Assembly (NCBI GenBank): GCA_004356955.1
Contig: SMXS01000143.1
Coordinates: 1 to 42,700 of the forward strand
Length of the DNA stretch: 42,700 nt
Direction of reading: 5' to 3'
Source: Alphaproteobacteria bacterium
Lineage (GTDB): Bacteria > Pseudomonadota > Alphaproteobacteria > SMXS01
A model generated the notes under the pieces. That model did no database searches, was not told the DNA's origin, and was given only the letters and a program-made list of their open reading frames with translations. The position numbers and the translations under genes are program-made. Shown one piece after another: positions 1 through 6,664 of this stretch. Position 1 is the stretch's first letter. The number at the start of each line of letters is the position of its first letter.

Positions 1-155
1 CACGATATTATTGGGAAGTGTTTCCCCTTCCCACGATATTATTGGGAAGTGTTTCCCCTTCCCACGATATTATTGGGAAGTGTTTCCCCTTCCCACGATA
101 TTATTGGGAAGTGTTTCCCCTTCCCACGATGTTATTGGGAAATATATTCCCTGCC
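1..155. repeat. Tandem array of a 31-bp unit, CACGATATTATTGGGAAGTGTTTCCCCTTCC. Four identical copies (1-31, 32-62, 63-93, 94-124) and a degenerate fifth (125-155). Cut by the left window edge.
   Basis: Read directly from the sequence. Each unit carries the inverted repeat GGGAA-N4-TTCCC. ORF-track entries 18..299 and 49..282 only translate this repeat. Confidence 0.95.
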
Positions 156-161
156 CGCCCT

Positions 162-190
162 CTTGAATCAATATTCAGATTTCCCATCTA
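162..190 (+). promoter_or_regulatory. Sigma32 (RpoH)-type heat-shock promoter: CTTGAA (162-167), 15-nt spacer, CCCATCTA (183-190)
   Basis: Matches the enterobacterial sigma32 consensus CTTGAA / CCCCATnT. It sits about 95 nt upstream of an Hsp20 gene. Confidence 0.6.
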
Positions 191-196
191 TGGGAT

Positions 197-285
197 GTCG
201 GCAGGTGCCACTTTGGGCCTGTCGCATACACTGGCCCGACCATTTGGTGGGCCCAACCCTTATTGCTTCAACAGGAGAATAAGCT
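197..285 (+). promoter_or_regulatory. Structured 5' UTR with a ROSE-like RNA thermometer. The final hairpin (259-283, CUUAUU-G-CUUC AACA GGAG AAUAAG) sequesters the Shine-Dalgarno sequence.
   Basis: Hand-folded hairpins at 199-224 (CGGCAGG/CCUGUCG), 233-253 (GGCCC/GGGCC) and 259-283. The last contains a UUGCU motif opposite AGGAG with an unpaired G, as in ROSE elements of small heat-shock genes. Confidence 0.55.
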
Positions 286-753
286 ATGCGTATGTTTGAT
301 ACGACCCCTCTACTTCGGTCCACAGTTGGCTTTGACAATATCAACCGCCTTTTGGACAGCGTGACCCGCCAAGACCCACGGGAAAGCGCCTATCCCCCTT
401 ACAACATCGAAAAAGTCGGCGATGATTCCTACCGAATCTCGATGGCCGTTGCCGGGTTCAAAGAATCAGAACTCAACATCGTTGTCAGCGACGGCGTGCT
501 AGAGGTTTCTGGCAAGTCGGAAACTGCCGAGGAATCACCTGAAAGCACCCCGACCTTCTTGCATCGCGGCATCGCCAAGCGGGCATTTAACCGCCGATTC
601 ACCTTGGCCGACACCATCAAGGTGCGTGGCGCAGGGCTGGAAGACGGGCTTCTGCACGTTGAACTGGAACGGGAAATCCCCGAAGAGCGCAGGCCGCGCC
701 AAATCCAGATCAATGGTGGCAGCCAGGCCGTCATCGACAGCAAGGCCGCCTAA
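286..753 (+). CDS. ibpA: Small heat-shock protein, Hsp20/alpha-crystallin family (IbpA-like), 155 aa
   Basis: N-terminus MRMFDTTPLLRSTVGFDNINRLL, plus YPPYNIEKVGDDSYRISMAVAGF and GLLHVELEREIPE, closely resemble E. coli IbpA. AGGAG lies 8 nt upstream of the ATG. Confidence 0.93.
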   Translation: MRMFDTTPLLRSTVGFDNINRLLDSVTRQDPRESAYPPYNIEKVGDDSYRISMAVAGFKESELNIVVSDGVLEVSGKSETAEESPESTPTFLHRGIAKRAFNRRFTLADTIKVRGAGLEDGLLHVELEREIPEERRPRQIQINGGSQAVIDSKAA

Positions 754-778
754 GTCGCCTTCACATACTTTTCCAATT

Positions 779-809
779 GGGGCTGCCCTGGCGGGTAGCC
801 CCTTTTTTT
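779..809 (+). terminator. Rho-independent terminator of the Hsp20 gene
   Basis: Stem GGGGCTGCCC/GGGTAGCCCC followed by seven T residues (803-809). Confidence 0.85.
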
Positions 810-825
810 GAACTGACGAATGGCA

Positions 826-955
826 AAAAAAGAAAGGACCGCTCTGTCAAAATTGACAGAGCGGCCCAAGTCTAGGGAGCTTAGATCGGCTGTGGGAGGG
901 ATCCAACCAATCTGTCTGAACCTTAGCGTGCCCAATCTGAACGCCAGATTAACGG
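826..955 (-). ncRNA. Candidate small RNA or structured 3' UTR (copy 2 of a two-member family). It begins at the DUF1192 stop codon and ends in a strong terminator (stem 836-867, U-tract 825-835).
   Basis: Minus strand reads CCGTTAATCTGgcgttCAGATT ... GGATC-CCTCCCACAGCC-GATCT ... GCTCCCTAGACTTGGGCC, then a stem, then TTTCTTTTTTTG. The 18-mer and the T-tail are shared with 29526-29580. The stem mismatch (838/865) is a G-U wobble only on the minus strand. Confidence 0.45.
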
Positions 956-1140
956 AATAATTTATCCGCATCTGACTGGCCAACTTCCTTTGATTCAATG
1001 GCTTTTTCTGTTCTGGCAATTTCTGCCTGCAGAATTTCAAGGCGCTCTTTCAGCTCGAAAACTGACAGATCGTCCAATAGTTCCAACACCAGGCTGGCAG
1101 CCCCTGTTGGCTTGCCGTGGATCGGTTCATCAAAGTCCAT
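949..1140 (-). CDS. DUF1192 family protein (short coiled-coil protein typical of Alphaproteobacteria), 63 aa
   Basis: The motif LSVFELKERLEILQAEIARTEKAIESK matches the DUF1192 pattern. Confidence 0.75.
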   Translation of the reverse strand: MDFDEPIHGKPTGAASLVLELLDDLSVFELKERLEILQAEIARTEKAIESKEVGQSDADKLFR

Positions 1141-1208
1141 ATTGTTCTCCGTCGTTACGTGCGGTCTGTTATACAGATTTCAACGAAAATTCACCGAAAG
1201 AGCAATCA

Positions 1209-2207
1209 ATGTCTGCACTCCCCAGTGTTGCCCCCGCCATTGTCTTGACCGGCCAAGGCGGCACCGAAAATATGAAACTCGACAATATTCCGTTGCCCGA
1301 GATTGGCCCGGACGATGTCATGATCCGTATTCGCGCAGCTGGCGTTAATCGCGCTGACACCGTGCAGCGCCAGGGCGGCTATCCACCGCCACCGGGCGAA
1401 TCTGAAATCCTGGGCCTCGAAGTCGCCGGCACCATCGCCGCTGTAGGCGCTAATGTCAGCCAATACAAACTGGGCGACAACGTGTGCGCTTTGTTGGCAG
1501 GCGGCGGTTACGCCACGTATTGCCGGGTGAATGTGGCACAGGTGCTGCCCATCCCCAAGGGGTATTCCATGGTGCAGGCCGCCGCGTTGCCCGAGGTATT
1601 CATGACCGTATGGACCAATGTTTTTGACCTGGGGCGCTTGCAAGCCGGCGAGACCTTTTTGGTGCATGGTGGGTCGTCAGGCATTGGTACGGCCGCCATC
1701 ATGCTGGCCAAACACCGCGGCGCGACCGTGATTACCACCGCAGGGTCCGCCGAAAAATGCGCCGCATGTGAAAAACTGGGCGCCACACGGGCCATTAACT
1801 ACAAAGAAGAAGACTTTGTCGACGTGATCACCAACGAATTGGGCACAAATATCGACGTGGTCCTCGACATGGTTGGTGGGGATTATATGCAACGAAACCT
1901 CGGTGTGATGAACCCGGGCGGACGCCATGTGTCGATTGCCTTTCTGGCGGGACCGATGGCCAACATCTCGGTGATCGACATTATGATGAAACGCCTGACC
2001 ATCACGGGGTCAACCTTGCGAGCACGACCTGTCGAGTTTAAAGGCGCGGTTGCGCAATCTGTCCGCGACAATGTGTGGCCAGCGCTAGAGGCTGGCGCCT
2101 TTGAGCCGGTCATCGATTCGACTTTTCCCCTGGCCCAGGCGGCCGAGGCCCATCACCGCATCGAATCCAGCGTTCATATCGGAAAAATCATCCTGACCGT
2201 CGACTAG
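1209..2207 (+). CDS. NAD(P)H:quinone oxidoreductase, PIG3/Qor family (medium-chain reductase), 332 aa
   Basis: VMIRIRAAGVNRADTVQRQGGYPPPPG, GLEVAGTI and VHGGSSGIGTAAI (Rossmann fold). The start was moved to the ATG at 1209, because the 405-aa ORF-track extension overlaps the DUF1192 gene. Confidence 0.88.
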   Translation: MSALPSVAPAIVLTGQGGTENMKLDNIPLPEIGPDDVMIRIRAAGVNRADTVQRQGGYPPPPGESEILGLEVAGTIAAVGANVSQYKLGDNVCALLAGGGYATYCRVNVAQVLPIPKGYSMVQAAALPEVFMTVWTNVFDLGRLQAGETFLVHGGSSGIGTAAIMLAKHRGATVITTAGSAEKCAACEKLGATRAINYKEEDFVDVITNELGTNIDVVLDMVGGDYMQRNLGVMNPGGRHVSIAFLAGPMANISVIDIMMKRLTITGSTLRARPVEFKGAVAQSVRDNVWPALEAGAFEPVIDSTFPLAQAAEAHHRIESSVHIGKIILTVD

Positions 2208-2312
2208 ATGCAGGGAATTGTTTGCTTTGCGCCGCCAGACCCCTATATATGGGCTTCGCAATGCAATTTTGGGCCAAACAGCCCGCGTCGAAAATGACGC
2301 GCAGGAGGAATC

Positions 2313-2921
2313 ATGGCTTTACCTTTGATGCCAAAAGCAACAGCCGTATGGCTGGTTGACAATACAACGCTTTCTTTTGAACAGATTGGCGACTTTTGTG
2401 GTCTGCACAAGCTGGAAGTCCAGGGGATCGCCGATGACGAAATCGCCCAGAACATCACTGGGCTGGACCCCATGGCCGGCGCACAGTTGACCAGCGAAGA
2501 AATTGAACGCTGTGAAGGCGACACATCTGCGCGGCTGGAGTTGAAAGCCAGTGACATGCCCCCGCCCAAAAAGCGCCGTGGACCACGCTATACGCCTGTT
2601 TCAAAACGGCAGGATCGCCCTGATGCAATCGCCTGGTTGGTGCGCCATCACCCAGAATTGACGGATCCGCAGGTTTCCAGATTGGTCAGCACGACGAAGC
2701 CAACCATCGTGGCCATTCGTGAGCGTACCCACTGGAACGTCTCTAATCTAAAGCCGACAGACCCTGTGACTTTGGGCCTGTGCACACAGATCGAGTTGGA
2801 TGAGGCCATCCAGATGGCTGCCGTCCGGGTGGAAAAAGAAAACAAGAAGTTAGGCATCGAGCCAAGGCTGAAAGAAGGCGACACAATTGATCTGGGGACG
2901 GTACCGCAACCAGAAATATAA
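2313..2921 (+). CDS. DUF1013 domain protein (TrcR-like cell-cycle transcriptional regulator family), 202 aa
   Basis: MPKATAVWLVDNTTLSFEQIGDFCGLHKLEVQGIADDE and PDAIAWLVRHHPELTDPQVSRLVSTTKPTIVAIRERTHWN are characteristic of alphaproteobacterial DUF1013 proteins. Confidence 0.8.
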   Translation: MALPLMPKATAVWLVDNTTLSFEQIGDFCGLHKLEVQGIADDEIAQNITGLDPMAGAQLTSEEIERCEGDTSARLELKASDMPPPKKRRGPRYTPVSKRQDRPDAIAWLVRHHPELTDPQVSRLVSTTKPTIVAIRERTHWNVSNLKPTDPVTLGLCTQIELDEAIQMAAVRVEKENKKLGIEPRLKEGDTIDLGTVPQPEI

Positions 2922-2931
2922 AGATCAAAAG

Positions 2932-2965
2932 AAAAGGGCGCCGTTTGATACGACGCCCTTTTTGT
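2932..2965. terminator. Bidirectional rho-independent terminator between the convergent DUF1013 and DUF465 genes
   Basis: AAAA-GGGCGCCG...CGACGCCC-TTTTTGT: a GC stem flanked by an A-run and a T-run. Confidence 0.7.
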
Positions 2966-2985
2966 CTGCGCTCCTGCCGGCCTGG

Positions 2986-3150
2986 TCAGGATTGCAATCT
3001 CTGAATTTCTTCTCGTATTCGCAGTTTTTCCCGCTTTAATCCTGAGAGCCGTACCTGATCGGGTTGAGGTCGATGACCCTCGAGTTCAATCTTTGTTTCC
3101 AGACCGTGGTGTTTTTCTTCTAATGACCGAAGACGTGGCTCTACATTCAT
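2986..3150 (-). CDS. DUF465 (YdcH-like) family protein, 54 aa. Below the ORF-track length cutoff.
   Basis: Hand translation: MNVEPRLRSLEEKHHGLETKIELEGHRPQPDQVRLSGLKREKLRIREEIQRLQS. The LxxxHxxLdxxI...L.LKK.KL..KDEI pattern is typical of DUF465. GGAGAG lies 6 nt upstream of the ATG. Confidence 0.8.
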   Translation of the reverse strand: MNVEPRLRSLEEKHHGLETKIELEGHRPQPDQVRLSGLKREKLRIREEIQRLQS

Positions 3151-3390
3151 GCTTCTCTCCAAATTGCTTAGAACAAATATATTAAAGCACAGTTTTTGCC
3201 TGGCGCCAGACCATAATTACGGGCCAAACAGGCGCCCTAAGAAAGTGACCTGCCAACAACGCCATAGACGTGACGGAAAAGTTAAATATTTCGACCGCAT
3301 CTGGGTTATGTGAAGGGGTTGGCTGCGAATCCAAGCCAAAACTGGCCCGACTCGGAAAGAGGGGCGCTTTCACCGCATCGACGAGTGCGC

Positions 3391-3418
3391 TTGATACTGC
3401 GCCAAAGGCCAGTATAAT
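3391..3418 (+). promoter_or_regulatory. Near-consensus sigma70 promoter for purEK: TTGATA, 16-nt spacer, TATAAT
   Basis: Read directly: -35 at 3391-3396 and -10 at 3413-3418, about 48 nt upstream of the purE ATG. Confidence 0.6.
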
Positions 3419-3466
3419 CACCCGCTTTTCACGGCTTCGGCCAAAAGCAACCGTCAGGGACCTGAC

Positions 3467-3961
3467 ATGACAGAAATAAAGCCTCGCGTCGGTATCATCA
3501 TGGGTAGCCAGTCAGACTGGGACACCATGATCGAGGCCGCATCCATTCTTGACGAACTGGGTGTCTCATATGAGACCAAAATAGTCTCGGCCCATCGCAC
3601 GCCAGATCGGATGGCTGAGTACGCAAAGTCTGCCCGAGATCGCGGATTGCAGGTTATCATCGCAGGCGCAGGCGGTGCCGCGGCGTTGCCTGGCATGACC
3701 GCCTCGTGGACTCCTTTGCCTGTGTTTGGTGTGCCCGTTGAAAGCAAAGCGCTATCCGGCATGGATAGTTTGATGTCAATTGTTCAAATGCCGGGCGGTA
3801 TTCCGGTTGGCACCCTGGCCATCGGCAAGGCCGGCGCCAAGAATGCCGGCCTGTTGGCAGCCCGTGTGGTCGCCTTGTCCGATCCAACCATTGCCGACGC
3901 ACTGGATGCCTGGTCGGCGGCTATGTCGGAAGCCGTTGCAGACGCCCCGACCGACGATTAA
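3467..3961 (+). CDS. purE: 5-(carboxyamino)imidazole ribonucleotide mutase (N5-CAIR mutase)
   Basis: [17 protein letters not shown] and [14 protein letters not shown] motifs. Followed by purK. Confidence 0.97.
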   Translation: MTEIKPRVGIIMGSQSDWDTMIEAASILDELGVSYETKIVSAHRTPDRMAEYAKSARDRGLQVIIAGAGGAAALPGMTASWTPLPVFGVPVESKALSGMDSLMSIVQMPGGIPVGTLAIGKAGAKNAGLLAARVVALSDPTIADALDAWSAAMSEAVADAPTDD

Positions 3962-4018
3962 GCCCATGATTATTCAGACCTATAAAACTGTGATCAACGC
4001 AGAGCATGAGAGACGTTC

Positions 4019-5086
4019 ATGATAGTCCCTTCCGGCGGCACCATTGGTATCCTGGGCGGCGGACAATTGGGTCGCATGTTGACCCAAGCCGCGCATGAAC
4101 TGGGATTCAAAGTGTGCATTTTGTGTCCCGAAGAAAACAGCCCGGCGGCCCAAATCGCCGACCTGTCCATTGTCGCGCCCTATAAGCGCGAAGACGCACT
4201 AGACGAACTGGCGGCACGCTGCGACGTCATTACCTATGAGTTTGAAAACATCCCCGTCCATGCCGTCCGCTATCTGGAACGCGACCATCTGGTCCGCCCC
4301 AGTTCGACACCCTTGCGTTCAACCCAAAACCGGTTGGATGAAAAAACCTTCCTCAACAATATTGGCGTCCCAACCACTGCCTTTGCCGCCATCACCCAGA
4401 TGGATGATCTGATCGGCCAGGGTCCGCTGATGGGCATGCCCTGCGTGTTGAAAACCCAACGGGGCGGTTATGATGGCAAAGGCCAGGTCATCGTTCACAG
4501 CAAGGCTGAGTTAGCGCCCGCCTGGCAGCAGCTCATGATGCAACCGGCGATTATCGAAGCCTTTGTACCCTTCACACGCGAACTATCGATTATCTGCACC
4601 CGTGGCATCAATGGGGCCATTGCCTTTTATCCGATGTCAGAAAATGATCACCGTAACCACATCCTGCATCAGTCCACCGCCCCCGCCGAAACATCAGACA
4701 TGATGGTCATGCGCGCGCAAGACATGGCCCGACGCATTGTCGAGGGCCTGGACTATGTCGGTACCCTGGCGGTCGAACTGTTTGAAACCGAAGATGGATC
4801 GCTGCTGGTCAACGAGATTGCACCACGCGTGCACAATTCGGGCCACTGGACCATCGAGGCCTGTGCCACCAGTCAATTTGCCAATCACATTCGGGCTATC
4901 AGCGGCATGCCGTTGGGCGCAACGACGCTGAAGCACAGGGCCGTGATGACCAATCTAATCGGTGATGAGATTGAACAGGCAGATGCCTTGGCCAAGGAAC
5001 CCAACACCCATGTGCATAATTATGGCAAGGCTGAGGCCCGTCCTGGTCGAAAAATGGGCCACTACACAAAGGTTTCACCTTTGTAG
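4019..5086 (+). CDS. purK: 5-(carboxyamino)imidazole ribonucleotide synthase (N5-CAIR synthetase, ATP-grasp)
   Basis: IGILGGGQLGRM, GYDGKGQ, NEIAPRVHNSGHWT and RKMGH motifs. Operon position directly after purE. Confidence 0.96.
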   Translation: MIVPSGGTIGILGGGQLGRMLTQAAHELGFKVCILCPEENSPAAQIADLSIVAPYKREDALDELAARCDVITYEFENIPVHAVRYLERDHLVRPSSTPLRSTQNRLDEKTFLNNIGVPTTAFAAITQMDDLIGQGPLMGMPCVLKTQRGGYDGKGQVIVHSKAELAPAWQQLMMQPAIIEAFVPFTRELSIICTRGINGAIAFYPMSENDHRNHILHQSTAPAETSDMMVMRAQDMARRIVEGLDYVGTLAVELFETEDGSLLVNEIAPRVHNSGHWTIEACATSQFANHIRAISGMPLGATTLKHRAVMTNLIGDEIEQADALAKEPNTHVHNYGKAEARPGRKMGHYTKVSPL

Positions 5087-5091
5087 CTTTT

Positions 5092-5252
5092 TCGCTCACA
5101 GCAGTATGGCAAAGCCATACGCTTCCGCGAGGGCGGCGAAAATGTTCGCCGGGCCACTTGTGGCCTTATGGCCTCATGCAAGGCTGCAAGCAGCCCGTCA
5201 CTATTGTGACGCTCCCGTGAAGCTGTACGCTTTTGCGTACTGGCGTGAACGG
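5092..5252. repeat. REP/MITE-like structured repeats between the convergent purK and COQ9-like genes. Copy A (5092-5136) and copy B (5193-5252) are in inverted orientation.
   Basis: Copy A, TCGCTCACAGCAGTATGGCAAAGCCATACGC..., is the reverse complement of copy C at 6590-6653. Copy B, GCCCGTCACTATTGTGACGCTCCCG..GTACGCTTTTGCGTACTGGCGTGAACGG, aligns directly with copy C. Confidence 0.75.
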
Positions 5253-5279
5253 CATAATCGTAAGGACCCCTTTAGGTCC

Positions 5280-5966
5280 TTACGGCTTCATCCGGTTTTC
5301 GGTGCCATAACGCAGTTTGGCCAACAGGCCGAGAATCGAAGGGCCCTCGCTGTCGCCCGGGACGCCGCGCATCTTGGCCTTGGCTTTCTCTATTTTCATC
5401 ACGTCATCGATGCGACGGTCCAGAAAGGCCCAAGTGTCTTCATAGTCTTCTGACAGGTCCGATAACCAATACAGCAGCGTCGCGCTGTAGACCCCTGTCA
5501 GTGTGACCCGCTTGGTATAGAAATTGAAATCGGTCGATTTGTCACCAATCGTCCGCCACATCAAATCAACGGTGGTGTACAGGCACCGGGCAGATGCACC
5601 GGCGTTTTGTGGCAGCACCATATAGGCCAATGCGCGTCTTTCGGCTTCGCGATAGGGAAACAAGGCCTCTATACGCGACCGGACCGCCAGTGTGATACGG
5701 TCCCGAATACGCATATCGGCCAGATTGTGGTCTGACAACGCGGCCACCATGTCGGCATCTACCTGATCTATATAATAGATCACGAGATCGCGAATCGATG
5801 GGAACGCAAGCTCTGCCAACCCTTCGGAAACGTCGTTTTCCTGGGCAGCGCGGCGCAGGCTGGTCTTGCTCCAACCATCGAACGGGACGTGTTCTATGGC
5901 AGAATCGAGCAATTTTGCCCTAATTGGGGCCAAATGATCGGTGTTTTCAGTATCGTTCATGGCCAT
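5280..5966 (-). CDS. COQ9 family protein (rpsU-divergently transcribed protein), 228 aa
   Basis: Size, the divergent arrangement with rpsU, and the motifs [15 protein letters not shown] and [14 protein letters not shown] fit the alphaproteobacterial COQ9-like family. Confidence 0.8.
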   Translation of the reverse strand: MAMNDTENTDHLAPIRAKLLDSAIEHVPFDGWSKTSLRRAAQENDVSEGLAELAFPSIRDLVIYYIDQVDADMVAALSDHNLADMRIRDRITLAVRSRIEALFPYREAERRALAYMVLPQNAGASARCLYTTVDLMWRTIGDKSTDFNFYTKRVTLTGVYSATLLYWLSDLSEDYEDTWAFLDRRIDDVMKIEKAKAKMRGVPGDSEGPSILGLLAKLRYGTENRMKP

Positions 5967-6145
5967 TTTATGGGCTTAATCAAGTTCTACGTAAAGGGTT
6001 GATCAAGGCTTCACATGCGAGGACCACTCTGCTATGTAGGGCGCCGAACGTGGCCTTTGGGCTTGCGACAAAGATTTGTGCCAGTAACCCCCAGCAAAAT
6101 CGTTGGAAATACAAGGCTCTGGCAAGTAGGAAGAATGGAGATAAC

Positions 6146-6352
6146 GTGCAGGTATCCGTCCGCGACAACAATGTAGATCAAGCGCTACGCGCGCTAAAAA
6201 AGAAAATGCAGCGCGAAGGCATCTACCGGGAAATGAAACTACGTCGCTTTTACGAAAAGCCTTCAGAGCGCCGCGCCCGCGAACATGCAACTGCTATTCG
6301 TCGCGCCCGCAAGCTGGAACGCAAACGCGCAGAGCGTGACGGCACCCGGTAA
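6146..6352 (+). CDS. rpsU: 30S ribosomal protein S21 (GTG start), 68 aa
   Basis: [51 protein letters not shown] lies 5 nt upstream of the GTG at 6146. The 142-aa ORF-track entry is an upstream over-extension. Confidence 0.95.
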   Translation: MQVSVRDNNVDQALRALKKKMQREGIYREMKLRRFYEKPSERRAREHATAIRRARKLERKRAERDGTR

Positions 6353-6393
6353 AACCGGTTCCGAATTTTTCGCAGACAGGATTTGCGATGAAA

Positions 6394-6427
6394 AAGCCGC
6401 CTCATCTGAGGCGGCTTTTATTTTGGA
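6394..6427 (+). terminator. Rho-independent terminator of rpsU
   Basis: AGCCGCCTCA-TC-TGAGGCGGCT followed by TTTATTTT. Confidence 0.85.
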
Positions 6428-6429
6428 TC

Positions 6430-6653
6430 AGGTCCGTACTTTCACTCTTCAGACGGATCCCCTTCGACAAGCTCAGGACAGGCTTCGATACAATTCCGAG
6501 CGTCGCTCGAAACCACTCAGGACGAACCGAGCTTTGGGGGTTACGAGCCGGTGAATAGCCCAAAGGGCCACCTGCGAGAAGGGCCAAGCGCCCCGTCACC
6601 CGTGTGACGCCCCCGCCCGCAGGCGTATGGCAAAGCCATACTGCCGTGAGCGA
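6430..6653. repeat. Composite intergenic repeat element. 6563-6653 is copy C of the REP-like unit. 6440-6560 resembles the widespread repeat family whose spurious translations read ...FDKLRxG... / ...LSLSKG...
   Basis: GGGCCACCTG...GCCCCGTCACCCGTGTGACGCCCCCG..GTATGGCAAAGCCATACTGCCGTGAGCG aligns with 5150-5252. ORF-track translations here contain PLRQAQDRL and PVLSLSKG. Confidence 0.6.
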
Positions 6654-6664
6654 GATAAGGCGAC

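Noticed and set aside
1-299. CRISPR array, or coding ORFs (18..299, 49..282), across the 31-bp repeats
   Set aside because: The repeats are contiguous with no spacers, so this is not a CRISPR array. The ORFs only translate the repeat in two frames (repeating FPLPTILLGSVSPSHDIIGKC) and run through the promoter and leader of the Hsp20 gene.
990-1208. N-terminal extensions of ORF-track entries: 990..2207, 15285..17186, 30401..31645, 9644..11620, 5924..6352, 16599..17243, 22701..23936, 31660..32631
   Set aside because: The extensions overlap neighbouring genes or intergenic promoters and contain no conserved sequence. Internal starts with Shine-Dalgarno sequences coincide with the family-typical N-termini.
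3182-3470. ORFs 3182..3421 (-) and 3270..3470 (+), or a riboswitch, in the 316-nt region upstream of purE
   Set aside because: Both ORFs overlap the strong purE promoter and show no family features or ribosome-binding sites. I could not recognise purine or ZTP riboswitch core motifs by eye. Only a cmscan run could exclude a riboswitch, so none is claimed.
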